Assembly (NCBI GenBank): GCA_016705475.1
Contig: JADIYD010000009.1
Location: forward strand, 292,715-356,714
Origin: Betaproteobacteria bacterium
GTDB taxonomy: Bacteria; Pseudomonadota; Gammaproteobacteria; Burkholderiales; Rhodocyclaceae
Length of the DNA: 64,000 nt
Direction of reading: 5' to 3'
This document shows positions 34,847-46,024 of the stretch, one piece after another (positions within the stretch are counted from its first letter, which is position 1; each line of letters starts with the position of its first letter). Under the pieces are notes generated by a model that was given only the letters and a program-made list of their open reading frames with translations, was not told the DNA's origin and did not search any database. Position numbers and translations under genes: made by a program.

Positions 34847-34990
34847 TGATCTCTGCCTGATGACGATTGCGTCGGTACGATGCCGAGCCGTTCAGCTGCC
34901 TGAGATTCGCTGCGCAGCCTTGATGAAAAACGACGGTCAGGTTGTTCCAAATTTCGCCCATTCTTCCGGTTGACCGTGGAAGTAGGCTTC

Positions 34991-36397
34991 TCAGCCGCTT
35001 CCCGGGTGAATCATTTCGGCCGGCACGACCCAGCGGTCGTAGTCTTCGAGCGAGACATGGCCGAGGGCCAGCGATGCCTGCCTGAGGGTCGTGCCGTCGT
35101 GGCTGGCCAGTTTGGCGATTTCGGCGGCTTTGTCGTAGCCGATGTGCGGGGTCAGGGCGGTGACCAGCATGAGCGAGCGTTCCATGAGTTCGGCGATGCG
35201 TTTGCGGTGGGCGGTGATGCCGCGCACGCAATGGTGTTCGAAGCCGAGCATGCCGTCGCTGAGCAGGCGGACGCTTTGCAGGACGTTGTGGGCGATCACC
35301 GGCTTGAAGACGTTGAGTTCGAAATTGCCCGAGGCCCCGGCGATGCCGATGGCCACGTCGTTGCCCATGACCTGGCAGCAGAGCATGGTGAGCGCCTCGC
35401 ATTGGGTCGGGTTCACCTTGCCGGGCATGATCGAGCTGCCCGGCTCGTTTTCCGGAAGGCCGATTTCGCCGAGGCCTGAGCGCGGGCCGGAGGCCAGCCA
35501 GCGGATGTCGTTGGCGATTTTCATGAGCGCCACGGCCAGCACCTTGAGCGCGCCGTGGGCGGCGACCAGACCGTCGTGGGCGGCCAGCGCGGCGAACTTG
35601 TTGGCGGCGGAAGTGAATGGAATGCCGCAGCGGTCGGCCAGCTCGGCCGCGACACGGACGCCGAATTCAGGATGGGTGTTGAGCCCGGTGCCGACGGCCG
35701 TACCGCCGACGGCGAGCGGGGTGAGCGAGGCCATGCTGGCGACGATCAGGCTTTCGGCGTGCTGCAATTGGGCGACGTAGCCGGAGAATTCCTGGCCGAG
35801 CGAGAGCGGCGTTGCGTCCTGCAAATGGGTACGGCCGATCTTGATGATGTCGGCAAACTCGGCGGATTTTTCGGCCAGCGTCGCGGTCAGTTGACGGAGG
35901 GCTGGCAGCAGCTGGCGCTCAATGCCGATCGCGGCGGCGACGTGCATGGCTGTTGGAAAGATGTCGTTCGACGACTGGCCGAGATTGACGTGGTCGTTGG
36001 GGTGAACGAGGCGGGTGTCGCCGCGCTGGCCGCCCAGCAGCTCTGAGGCGCGGTTGGCCAGCACCTCGTTCATGTTCATGTTGGTTTGCGTGCCGGAGCC
36101 GGTCTGCCAGACCGACAGCGGGAATTCGTCAGGGTGGCGGCCGCTGGTGACCTCGTTGGCGGCAACGATGATGGCCGCTGCGATGGGGGCCGGGAGCAGG
36201 CCGAACTCGCGGTTGACGTTGGCGCAGGTGGCCTTGACCATGGCCAACGCTTGGATCAGTTCTTCCGGCATGCGTTCGGTGGAGATCGCAAAGTGCGCCA
36301 GCGAGCGCTGGGTTTGGGCGCCCCAAAGGCGCTCATCGGCTACCGCGATGCTGCCGAAGGAATCGTTTTCCTGGCGGGTGGTGGGGACTGGTGACAT
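34991..36397 (-). CDS. fumC: Class II fumarate hydratase
   Basis: [32 protein letters not shown]; start MSPVP at 36397 after AAGGAG. Confidence 0.96.
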   Translation of the reverse strand: MSPVPTTRQENDSFGSIAVADERLWGAQTQRSLAHFAISTERMPEELIQALAMVKATCANVNREFGLLPAPIAAAIIVAANEVTSGRHPDEFPLSVWQTGSGTQTNMNMNEVLANRASELLGGQRGDTRLVHPNDHVNLGQSSNDIFPTAMHVAAAIGIERQLLPALRQLTATLAEKSAEFADIIKIGRTHLQDATPLSLGQEFSGYVAQLQHAESLIVASMASLTPLAVGGTAVGTGLNTHPEFGVRVAAELADRCGIPFTSAANKFAALAAHDGLVAAHGALKVLAVALMKIANDIRWLASGPRSGLGEIGLPENEPGSSIMPGKVNPTQCEALTMLCCQVMGNDVAIGIAGASGNFELNVFKPVIAHNVLQSVRLLSDGMLGFEHHCVRGITAHRKRIAELMERSLMLVTALTPHIGYDKAAEIAKLASHDGTTLRQASLALGHVSLEDYDRWVVPAEMIHPGSG

Positions 36398-36481
36398 GGC
36401 CGACTCCTTGCCGGACGCATCGGGAAATCGCAACATGCGCTCGACTGACCGTTTGAGCCGTTGCCGGAGGAGAAGTTCGTT

Positions 36482-36497
36482 CGCAATTGCTTTGCCG
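36482..36497 (-). promoter_or_regulatory. Candidate sigma54 -24/-12 promoter for fumC
   Basis: Minus strand CGGCAAAGCAATTGCG: GG-N10-GC with TTGC, about 85 bp upstream of the start. Confidence 0.45.
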
Positions 36498-36643
36498 ATT
36501 AGCTTCGCGGCTGGATACAATCGCTGGACAGGAACAGTGTTGTCCTGACATCCGGAGCGAAGGTTGAAATCTGTGTCGTCAAGCCTTGCCATGGTCGGGT
36601 TGCTGGAAGCCCGGCGGGACGGCAGCTATCGTGAAAACATGAG

Positions 36644-39506
36644 ATGAGCCGCAGATCCCTGCACCTCGTGGCGGCATTGCTGTTGTGCTGCGGACTGGCG
36701 CTTGCCGCTTATTTTGCGGAGAAAATCAACCGTGAGCAATACGAGTCGGATGAGCGCGCCAAGGTGCTGTACGGCCTGACCGTGGTTCGCGACGCGCTCG
36801 ACAGCAATCTCACCAGCGACATTCAGCTCGTTCGGGGATTGATCGGGGTTGTGGCACTGGCGCCGGATCTCGATCAGCGGCAGTTTGATATTGCCGTCGC
36901 GCCCCTCTTCGCCGGGCGTACCCAGCTTCGCAACATTGGTGCCGCACCGGACATGGTTATCCGTTTTGTTTATCCGCTCAAGGGGAATGAGCAGGCGGTG
37001 GGGCTGGACTACCGCACGGTACCGGCGCAGTTTGAGGCGGTCGAAAAGGCCCGACTGTCGCGCGAGATTGTGTTGGCCGGGCCGTTGAACCTCGTGCAGG
37101 GCGGTGTTGGCCTGGTCGCTCGCCTGCCGATCTACCTGCCAGACCGGAATGGGGGACGAGTATTTTTGGGGAATCGTTAGCGCCGTTATCGACGCCGAGA
37201 AGCTGTTTGCCAGCAGCGGCCTGTACGACGACAAGCTGATGCTCGACATTGCCATTCGCGGCAATGATGGTACCGGTGCCGACGGTGAGGTGTTCTTTGG
37301 CCGTCCCGAGGCGTTCGCCGCCAACCCCGTTCTGGCGAGTATCCATTTGCCGCAGGGTTCCTGGCAGGTTGCAGCAACGCCGCGTGGCGGCTGGAAGGCC
37401 GAGCCTGCCAATTTGTGGTCATTGCGTCTTGGATTCGCGCTGGTTGCGTTCATGGTGGCAGGTGCTTTCCTGACGCTGAGTCGTGCTTTTGCGCTGGCCT
37501 CGAAAGCCCAGGAGCGGGCTGAGTTCTCCAAGCGGCAACTCTCCGCCAGCCTTGAAAATACGCCCAACGTGGCTGTCCAGTGGTTTGATGCTGAGGGCCG
37601 GGTAATCTACTGGAATCCTGCCTCGGAGGCCATTTACGGTTGGTCCGCCGACGAGGCGAAAGGCCGGATGCTGGACCAGCTGATTTTTCGCGATGACGAG
37701 GCGGCAAGATGGCGAGGGGCTTTGGCCAAGGTGCTGGCCAGTGGGCAGGCCCAGGGTCCGGGCGAATATCTCACGCACACGCGTGACGGCTCGTTGCGCT
37801 GGGTGGAGTCGACCGCCTTTCTGATTCCCGGCGCTAACGATACCGAAAAAATCCTGGTCTGCATGGATGTGGATATCACCGAGCGCAAGCTGGCTGAACA
37901 GAAGGTAGCTGACTTCAACCGGGATTTCGAGATTTTCCTGAATCAGACGACTGACTTCATCTATTTCAAGGATGCGGATAGTCGCTTCCGTTTCTGTAGC
38001 CAGACCATGGCCGACATTACCGGACACACCCATTGGCGCGACATGATCGGCAAGCATGACCGGGAAGTCTTTCCCGCAGACACCGCTCGCCTCTATGAGG
38101 AAGAGGAGCGCCCACTGTTCTCCGAAGGGAAACCATTGTTGGGGAAGATGGAGCCCTATTACAAGCTCAATGGCCAGCTTGGCTATGTCGAAACCAACAA
38201 ATGGCCCTTGTTCGACGAACAGCGAAGGGTGGTCGGCCTGTTCGGCATCAGTCGCGATATATCGGAACGTGTTCAGAACGAGAATGAGCTCAAGCGCTAT
38301 CGCCTGCATCTCGAAGAACTCGTTGCCCGACGCACGGAAGAGCTGGCTGTTGCCAAGGAAGCGGCCGAAGCGGCAAATATTGCAAAAAGCGCTTTCCTGG
38401 CCAACATGTCGCACGAGATTCGCACGCCTATCAATGCCATCACCGGCATGGCCCATCTGATCCGGCGTAGTGGCCTGGAGCCAGAGCAGATGGCGCGTCT
38501 TGACCGGCTGGAGATGGCCGGCGAGCACCTGTTGGAAATCATCAACGCCATTCTCGATCTGTCCAAGATCGAGGCCGGTAAATTCACCTTCGAAGAAGCG
38601 CCGCTCAGGGTCGAGAGCATTCTTGGCAATGTGGCTTCGATGATGCGCGACCGTGCCCAGGCCAAACAACTGGTCCTGGATGCCGAGCCGGCGCCGTTGC
38701 TGCCCCCCTTGCTGGGCGACCAGACCCGTCTGCAGCAAGCCTTGCTCAACTATGTAACCAACGCAATCAAGTTCACCGAGAGCGGAACGGTCACCCTGCG
38801 CGCCAGCGTAGTTGAGGAAGATGAGATCAGCGTTGTCTTGCGTTTCGAGGTCGAGGATACCGGGATCGGCATTGCCGAGGATGAGCTGCCGAGGCTCTTC
38901 GCTGCCTTCGAGCAGGCCGATAATTCGACTACGCGCAAATATGGGGGTACCGGGCTTGGCCTGGCCATTACCCGCAAATTTGCCCGGCTGATGGGTGGCG
39001 ATGCTGGCGCCATCGGTCATCCGGGGCGGGGTAGTACTTTCTGGCTGACGGCTCGCCTGAAACGCGGCGCTATTCCGGACCCGGCCAGCGCGAGCGAGTC
39101 CTGCGAGGATGCCGGTGATGCATTGCGCAAAAACTACCGGGGTAACCGCATCCTGCTGGTTGAAGATGAGCCGATCAATCAGGAAATCGCCACAGCCATA
39201 CTCGATGAAGTCGGGTTGATCGTCGAGGTTGCCGATGATGGCGAGGCGGCAATCGAGATGCTGGCTCGCGAACGCTACGACCTGATCCTGATGGATATGC
39301 AAATGCCCAGGATGGACGGCCTGACGGCAACGCGAAAGATTCGCACCATGCCCGAATGGCACGCTGTACCTGTCCTGGCCATGACGGCGAACGCCTTTGC
39401 CGAGGACAGGGCACGCTGCCTCGAGGTTGGCATGAACGACTTCATCGCCAAGCCGGTTGATCCGGCCCACCTCTACGCGATGGTGCTGAAATGGCTGCGG
39501 GCGTGA
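36644..39506 (+). CDS. Hybrid sensor kinase CHASE-PAS-PAS-HisKA-HATPase-REC, frameshifted near 37150
   Basis: CHASE (AGPLNLVQGG) in ORF 36644-37180 joins ORF 37104-39506 ([24 protein letters not shown]) by removing one G from a G5 run. Confidence 0.88.
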
Positions 39507-39588
39507 AGGCTGGGTAGCGGTAAACGCTGCCCGCCGGATTTCATTTTTGGCCGTTTTTGCCGGTCGACCGCAGCAACGGCCATTTTCC

Positions 39589-41325
39589 TCAAGCGACGGT
39601 TGCGTGTGCCTTTTCGTATTCCTTGAGCAGGCGCTGGTGCAGGTCGCAGCCGGCGAGGTCGAGGCCGGGTGAAACCAGCCCGAAGAAGCGGATGTCGCCG
39701 TCGAGCATGGCGACTGCCTGATCCAGCGTTTCTTCGCCGTAGAGACTGAATAACGCGGCTTCGTAAGCGGCCGGATCATCCATCTCGATGAGGGTCTGCA
39801 TGCAGGTGTACATGCGGCGACGGCTGGCATCAAGCTGTTCGAACTGGCGGACCCATTCGAGCCCTTCGCTGATCGCGTCGGGATCGCCGCCGGCCAGGGC
39901 GAGCATGGTCTTCAGTTCGCCGACGCGGAGGTCGGCCCACTGCGAGCCGGGATCGGCGGCGAGGCCGATCAGGGCGGCGACCGGACGTTCGTCGGCGATG
40001 TTCAGGTCGTTGAGGGTATCGAGCAGTTCGCAGCATTCATCGTCGTTGAGGTCGGCCAGACGCAGGATGTCGGCGCGGACGACGTTGCCGTTGCTGTTGT
40101 TTTCCCATTCGAGGTCGTCGATCGGGTAGATCTCGGACATGCCGGGAACGAGGATGCGGCAGGCGTAAACGCCGAGGTGATCGAAGTCGGCAACGTAGAT
40201 GTCGTGGCCGTCGGCGTGGATGCGCTCGGCCAGCCAGGCGTAGTCGTCGGCGGTCTTTCCGTGCTCGAGATCGTTGAAATTCCAGTCGACGAATTCATAG
40301 TCGGCTTCTTCGCCGAGGAATTCCCAGCTGACGATGCCGCTCGAGTCGACGAAGTGGATTTCGATGTTCGGGGCGCTGGCGATCTCGTCGAGGTCGAAAC
40401 CGGGGGGCGGGAAGCCGTCGAGCGCTTCGAGGGCGCGGCCCTGGAGCAGCTCGGTCAGGGCGCGTTCCAGCGCGATTTCAAAGCGCGGGTGGGCGCCGAA
40501 GCTGGCGAAAACGCCCTGATCCTTCGGGTTGAGCAGGGTCACGCACAGTACCGGGTAGAGGCCGCCGAGCGAAGCGTCCTTGACCAGAATGCCGAAACCG
40601 GCGTCGCGCAGGCCCTTGATGCCGGCGTCGATGCTCGGGTAACGGGCGATGACTTCGTCCGGCACGTCCGGCAGGCAGAGGCCTTCGGCGATGACCTTGA
40701 ACTTGACGTGGCGTTCGAGGATTTCCGACAGCGCCTGGGCGCGTGCCTCGGCCTGCGAGTTGCCGGCCGACATGCCGTTACTGACGTAGAGGTTGCTGAT
40801 GACATTGACCGGGAAGAACACCTCGGCACCATCGCGCTGGCGCACGTAGGGAATGGCGCAGATTCCGCGATCCTCGTTGCCGGAATTCATGTCGACGAGC
40901 ACGTCGGCCGTGATGTTGCCCTCCGGGTTGTAGAAGGCCTGCAGTTCGGGCGTCAGCAATTCGGCCGGCCAGTCGGTGCCGTCATTGGGGAGTGGAAACC
41001 AACGTTCGCGCGGGTAGTGCGTGAAGGCGCGGTTGGCGATGGTTTCGCCGAGGTAATAGTGGTTCCAGAAATAGTTGCAGGACAGCCGCTCGAAATACTC
41101 GCCCAGCGCGCTGGCGTGGGCGGCCAGCTTGGTGGCGCCCTTGCCGTTGGTGAACATCAGGTGGCAGGCGCGGTTGCGAACGTGTACCGACCAGACGTTG
41201 TCTACGGGGTTCAGCCAGGAGCATTCCTCAATGTCGAAACCGAGGGCCGCCAGCTTGGCCTGCATCGAGGAGATGGCGTGTTCGAGCGAGGCGTCTTTGC
41301 CCGGAATGAAGTGTTCTTGTTGCAT
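39589..41325 (-). CDS. ycaO: YcaO-family protein (E. coli-type, stand-alone)
   Basis: IPGKDASLE, NGKG, SALGEYFER, SNGMSAGN, EILER, RALTE, PGMSEIYP. Confidence 0.9.
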   Translation of the reverse strand: MQQEHFIPGKDASLEHAISSMQAKLAALGFDIEECSWLNPVDNVWSVHVRNRACHLMFTNGKGATKLAAHASALGEYFERLSCNYFWNHYYLGETIANRAFTHYPRERWFPLPNDGTDWPAELLTPELQAFYNPEGNITADVLVDMNSGNEDRGICAIPYVRQRDGAEVFFPVNVISNLYVSNGMSAGNSQAEARAQALSEILERHVKFKVIAEGLCLPDVPDEVIARYPSIDAGIKGLRDAGFGILVKDASLGGLYPVLCVTLLNPKDQGVFASFGAHPRFEIALERALTELLQGRALEALDGFPPPGFDLDEIASAPNIEIHFVDSSGIVSWEFLGEEADYEFVDWNFNDLEHGKTADDYAWLAERIHADGHDIYVADFDHLGVYACRILVPGMSEIYPIDDLEWENNSNGNVVRADILRLADLNDDECCELLDTLNDLNIADERPVAALIGLAADPGSQWADLRVGELKTMLALAGGDPDAISEGLEWVRQFEQLDASRRRMYTCMQTLIEMDDPAAYEAALFSLYGEETLDQAVAMLDGDIRFFGLVSPGLDLAGCDLHQRLLKEYEKAHATVA

Positions 41326-41524
41326 CGGGGCATCCTGCCTAAAGTGTGAGGATGGAGTCTACGTCAGCGAGTGCTCATTGCTACGGTCAACCGGAAATTT
41401 AGGCCAATTTTGAAATCACGAGTGCGCTGCCCGGCTGCCGAAGCATTGCTGATGCTGCGTGATCAGCGCGTCCATTTTCGGGATTGCAGTTTCTGTCACT
41501 AGCATCTCGGCTCGGCCTCCAGCC

Positions 41525-42874
41525 TCAGCTGCCGGCACCCTTCTCGCTGAATCCGTATTTCTCGATGAGCCGGTAGATGTGTCGCTCGCTGATGCCTAGG
41601 ATGGCAGCAGTCTTCACGCGATTGCCGCCATGCTTGGCCATGACCTGGCGAAGGTATTCGCGTTCGATCTGCTCCAGGTTCGGGTCCTGGCCGAAGCGCA
41701 ACACAACCTCACCCGCCTGATTGCGCGGAATGAACGAAAGATGTTCAACACGGACGGGGTTGCCTGGGCGCGCGAGGATGACAGCACGCTCAATGGCGTT
41801 TCTCAGTTCGCGCACATTGCCGGGCCAGTCGTAGGCCAATAGCATTTTTAGCGCCTCGGCCGACATGCTGGTCGGTGCATTTCGCGTCAGCAGCGCGAGA
41901 AAATGCCGCGCCAGCGGTTCAATATCCTCGCGCCGCTCGCGCAGGGGCGGAATGGTGATGACAAAACGCGAGAGGCGGAAGTAGAGATCGCTGCGGAAGG
42001 TGCCGGCGCGGCTCATGACCTCGATGTCACGATTGGTGGCGGTTACGATGCGCGCATCTGAATTGAGCGTCTTGTTGCCACCAAGACGACGGAACGTGCT
42101 GGTTTCAAGCACCCGCAGCAACTTGGCCTGAATGGCTGAGCCGATGTCGCCTATTTCATCAAGAAAGAGTGTGCTGCCGGCAGCTTCCTCAATCAGGCCC
42201 TTCTTTTGCCGGTCAGCCCCGGTAAAGGCGCCGCGTTCGTGACCAAAAAGCTCCGATTCGAACAGGTTTTCCTGCAAGCCGCTGCCATCGATGGGCACCA
42301 GCTCTCGATGTGCGCGGGGGCTACGCTCATGAATCGCCTGGGCGACCATTTCCTTGCCAGTGCCGGATTCGCCGAGGATGAGCACCGTGGTATCTGTCGA
42401 ACCCACAGCATCAATCATCTCCTGCACATCTCGCATCGCCTGGCTCTCGAACACCATCGGTCCCGGTCTGTGCGATGCCAGCTGAGTGCGGTAAAAACGA
42501 TTGGATTCGCGCAGTTCAGCGGTCTCAAGCACCCGCCGCACGGTCAGTTCCAGTTCGTCAAGATTTACCGGCTTGGTCAGGAAGTCGGCAGCGCCCTCAC
42601 GGATGGCGCTGACTGCATTGGGGATAGAGCCGTAACCGGTCAGGACGATAACCGGATACTGGTTGCGTATCTCGCTGAGAATCCGCGATGCATCACTGTC
42701 CGGCAGCCTGTAATCGAGAATGATGGCGCAGGGCTCGATTTCGCTGAGCCGCTCCTGAGCTTCGGCCCACGATCCGGCACCGAGCGTGGCAAAGCCCATG
42801 GACTCGATCTGCCGTCGCAGAAGGCCATTGAAGACGGGATCATCGTCGACGATGAGTAGGGTTTTTTTCTTCAT
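41525..42874 (-). CDS. Sigma54-dependent response regulator (REC-AAA+-Fis HTH)
   Basis: REC domain, GESGTGKE, ELFGHERGAFTGA, WPGNVREL, C-terminal HTH. Confidence 0.96.
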   Translation of the reverse strand: MKKKTLLIVDDDPVFNGLLRRQIESMGFATLGAGSWAEAQERLSEIEPCAIILDYRLPDSDASRILSEIRNQYPVIVLTGYGSIPNAVSAIREGAADFLTKPVNLDELELTVRRVLETAELRESNRFYRTQLASHRPGPMVFESQAMRDVQEMIDAVGSTDTTVLILGESGTGKEMVAQAIHERSPRAHRELVPIDGSGLQENLFESELFGHERGAFTGADRQKKGLIEEAAGSTLFLDEIGDIGSAIQAKLLRVLETSTFRRLGGNKTLNSDARIVTATNRDIEVMSRAGTFRSDLYFRLSRFVITIPPLRERREDIEPLARHFLALLTRNAPTSMSAEALKMLLAYDWPGNVRELRNAIERAVILARPGNPVRVEHLSFIPRNQAGEVVLRFGQDPNLEQIEREYLRQVMAKHGGNRVKTAAILGISERHIYRLIEKYGFSEKGAGS

Positions 42875-44739
42875 CCGGCGCTCTTCATGACGGTTTCGGC
42901 CAGCGGCAGACGAATGCTGAATTGCGTACCTTGCCCGACCGTGCTCTCGACGCGAACCGTACCGCCCATGCGCTCAACGAAGTTCTTGACGATCGTCAGC
43001 CCCAGCCCTGTTCCCGCCACGCCATCGGCGCGTCGGCTGAAGAAGGGATCGAAAATGCGGGCGAGGGTATCGGGCGGAATGCCTACACCGGAATCGGAAA
43101 TCTCGATCACGGCGTCACCAGCATCGGCAAACAGGCGGGCAACGAGCGTGCCGCCCTTGTCCATCGCATGGTGCGCATTTTGTATCAGGTTGAGAAGAAT
43201 CATGCGGATGTCGGCTTCGTCTGTCAGCAGGCGCAGGGGGTGTTCGGGAACCTCGATTTGCTGGGAAATACCATGCGTATGCGCATCGAATTCCAGCAAC
43301 ATGAGGGTATCGGTCAATGCTTCATTGACCACCACCAGCTGCAAGCTGCTGACCGGTGGCCGTGACAGTAGAAGCATACGCCGAGTCACCGCAATGCACT
43401 TGTCGATCTCCTGGTCGATAAGCCGCATGTACTCGATGATTTGATCCTGCGTGACGAGTCCGGCATGCAATTCGCGCACCAGTCCCTGAACACCGAGCCG
43501 GACCGATCCGAGCGGATTGTGAATTTCATGGGCAATGCCTGCTGCCAGCAAGCCAAGTTCGGACAAGCGCTGTTCATGGGATATCTGGGATATCTGCCCG
43601 AGATCGCGCACGGACTCGACGATGTAGCGCTCGCGCCCCTGTCCGTCGTCGAGTTCGACCAGGACGGCATGAATTTCCGCGTTGAAGACGCTGCCATCGG
43701 GCCGTTTGAGATAGTGGCTGGCCTTGATGTTGTCGCCCACTTCTTTCAATTCGACCAGCGGACAGACCATCAGCGTCGGTACGCAGGGCTCATCGCGACC
43801 ATAGCTGTACCGGTAGCACGGCTGCCGCAGGATGGTTGTTGCCGATTGGCCAACCTGCTGGCAAAAGGTGTTGTTGGCCAAGACAACTTGCTTGTCCGCA
43901 ACACGGATCAGGCGCACCCCATCGGGCAGCCCATCCAGCAAGGTTTGCAGAAACTGCTGCTGCGCTTCGGCCAGGGCTATCTGTGCGGAAAGGCGTTCGG
44001 CCATCGAGTTGAAGCTATTGGCTGCACGCCCGATCTCGTCGTTGTCGGCGGATGGCGCCCGTACCGTCAAGTCGCCAGTCGCCAAGCTTTGGGTCGCAGC
44101 ATCCAGCGTGGCCAGCGGCGCAATGACATGACGGCGCAATAGAAACCACAGGGTCAGCAGGGTAAGGGCAATGACTGCAGCTCCGGCCAGCATGAGCAGG
44201 ATGGCGCTGCGCATGGCGCTTTCGCGGATGGGCGCAGCGTCGTAGTCGATTACCAGCACGCCGTTGATCGGATTGGCAGCCACCGGCCCGTGGCACTCGG
44301 TGCATGCCGCACGGTTGGGTACCGGGTTGATGGAGCGCAGCACCTCGTTGCCGCTGGCATGTGTTTCGAAGCTCGTGGCTGGTTTTCCGGGGGTGGTTTT
44401 CTGCGCGATTTCCGGCATGCGTAGCCACATTTTTTCGGGATCGGACGCGAAACGCACCTCGCCACTAGGAGAAAGGATAAGTACGTCGCGTATGCCATTC
44501 AGGCTGCCCAGCTTGGCCACGATGTCGCGCAAGCCCTCGACGTCGCGCTTGACCATGGCGTTTTCCCACGTGACCTGCAGCATGCGATTGAGCTGCATCG
44601 AGACCTCGGCCCGCTCCTGAAGCAACTGGTCACGGTACAGCCCAAGGAACAGCAGGCCAAGGGCCAGCGAGGCACCCGCCGCGACGAGCAGAACACCCCG
44701 CAGCAGGCGATGACTCAGGTAACGAACTTTGGTGTGCAT
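42871..44739 (-). CDS. Sensor histidine kinase with periplasmic CxxCH heme motif, HAMP and PAS
   Basis: Two TMs flank a domain containing NRAACTECH; DEIG HAMP; AHEIHNPL H-box; GTGLGL. Confidence 0.93.
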   Translation of the reverse strand: MHTKVRYLSHRLLRGVLLVAAGASLALGLLFLGLYRDQLLQERAEVSMQLNRMLQVTWENAMVKRDVEGLRDIVAKLGSLNGIRDVLILSPSGEVRFASDPEKMWLRMPEIAQKTTPGKPATSFETHASGNEVLRSINPVPNRAACTECHGPVAANPINGVLVIDYDAAPIRESAMRSAILLMLAGAAVIALTLLTLWFLLRRHVIAPLATLDAATQSLATGDLTVRAPSADNDEIGRAANSFNSMAERLSAQIALAEAQQQFLQTLLDGLPDGVRLIRVADKQVVLANNTFCQQVGQSATTILRQPCYRYSYGRDEPCVPTLMVCPLVELKEVGDNIKASHYLKRPDGSVFNAEIHAVLVELDDGQGRERYIVESVRDLGQISQISHEQRLSELGLLAAGIAHEIHNPLGSVRLGVQGLVRELHAGLVTQDQIIEYMRLIDQEIDKCIAVTRRMLLLSRPPVSSLQLVVVNEALTDTLMLLEFDAHTHGISQQIEVPEHPLRLLTDEADIRMILLNLIQNAHHAMDKGGTLVARLFADAGDAVIEISDSGVGIPPDTLARIFDPFFSRRADGVAGTGLGLTIVKNFVERMGGTVRVESTVGQGTQFSIRLPLAETVMKSAG

Positions 44740-44769
44740 CCGGGGAGAGTTTTCCTAATTAATGGGCAA

Positions 44770-45042
44770 TTAGAAACCCAATGCCTCGACAGTCGCAACC
44801 AGATCGGCAAAGCTCGCTCCTTCAAGCCGGGCCGCCAACGATTCTTTGTCGAGCAGCGGGTCGGCACAAACGGAAAAGCGAACGTCGTCAGGCAAGTCGC
44901 GCATATCTTCCGGAGACATGTAGCCAATGCCGCAGAGCTGTTTCAGGTAATCTCGCTCCATATCGCTGAGTTCAAGGCCGTGGCAGCTGAGAATTTCCAT
45001 ATAGCGCTCTGCCGTGCGATTGACCTTGCCACTGATTTCCAT
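44770..45042 (-). CDS. Hypothetical 90-aa cytoplasmic protein
   Basis: Start MEISGK at 45042 after GAGGG; ends 30 bp before the kinase start, same strand as the operon. Confidence 0.6.
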   Translation of the reverse strand: MEISGKVNRTAERYMEILSCHGLELSDMERDYLKQLCGIGYMSPEDMRDLPDDVRFSVCADPLLDKESLAARLEGASFADLVATVEALGF

Positions 45043-45252
45043 GGTGTTGGTCTCGCCCTCAGTGAGCAAGGCCAGTGGCGGGCCAAAGAAGAGGGGGGTT
45101 TTTCGATTCACATTCACATTCACATTATCCGCCTGCATTCAGAACAGCAGCTGGGAAAAGGCCGGTGCGCTGCACCGGCCTTTCATGCCCGGCAAGGTTA
45201 AAGAATCCATTGCCCTGAATTGTCAGGGTGAAAGCACTCAGCGCCAGGTCGC

Positions 45253-46014
45253 TTAGTGTTTTTGACGTTCGTGATCGGCCGATTTCATGCCTTTCGGCAA
45301 CGTCGGGGCTTTCTCCGGCTGATGTTGCGCGAAACCGCGATTTCGGTCGCCATGCTGGACATTGTGGGGGTTGTGGCATTCGGTGCAGACAAACCAGCGC
45401 TTGGTCCCGGTGCTGGCCCATTCGCCAATCCGTTTGCCATGAATACCCTCCCGCCAGTCGCGATAAACCTCGCCGTGGCACTTGCCGCAGAGTTGCTGTG
45501 GCTGGTCGAAACTGATCGGTTTGTCGCGGTGGTCCACCAGTTTGTTGCGCTGAGTCGAATGATGGCAATCCAGGCACCAGATGTTGCCGCGTCCATGCGG
45601 TAGTTTGGTTGAGTCAAGTACGATGGCCTGATGCATCATGACCAGTTCCCGGGTGTCCTTGTTTGTCGGGAATCCTTTGGGCAGGGTACCGGTATGGCAG
45701 GTGTTGCCACAAAGCGGAAGCAGTCCCAGCTTGTCCGAGCGCGGCTTGACCAAGGCCTTGCCGCGACTGTAGTCAGCGTCCTGAACGGGCATGTCGCCCA
45801 TCGGAACAGTGCCATCGAAGGGGTCGCCCCACCACAATACGGCGCCGGTCTTGGGAGAGCATTTTACGTTCGGCAGATTTTCCCCGATCATGCGCTGGGT
45901 GACCTCTGTCGCGCCCTTTCGGCTTTCGAAACACTTGGCAGGTTCGGCCCAAGCACTGGAAAGGCTGGCAAACCAAAGCAGCAGAACGGCCGGCAAAATA
46001 GCGTATTTCTTCAT
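45253..46014 (-). CDS. Periplasmic multiheme cytochrome c (3 CxxCH + 1 CxxxCH)
   Basis: Sec signal (..SSAWA); CLDCH, CGKCH, CTECH and CGNTCH. Confidence 0.9.
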   Translation of the reverse strand: MKKYAILPAVLLLWFASLSSAWAEPAKCFESRKGATEVTQRMIGENLPNVKCSPKTGAVLWWGDPFDGTVPMGDMPVQDADYSRGKALVKPRSDKLGLLPLCGNTCHTGTLPKGFPTNKDTRELVMMHQAIVLDSTKLPHGRGNIWCLDCHHSTQRNKLVDHRDKPISFDQPQQLCGKCHGEVYRDWREGIHGKRIGEWASTGTKRWFVCTECHNPHNVQHGDRNRGFAQHQPEKAPTLPKGMKSADHERQKH

Positions 46015-46024
46015 TCCAGTTCCT

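Noticed and set aside
37419-39833. 804-aa antisense ORF, and similar long antisense ORFs such as 27180-28934
   Set aside because: These are shadow ORFs opposite well-supported genes in high-GC DNA, with no recognisable motifs.
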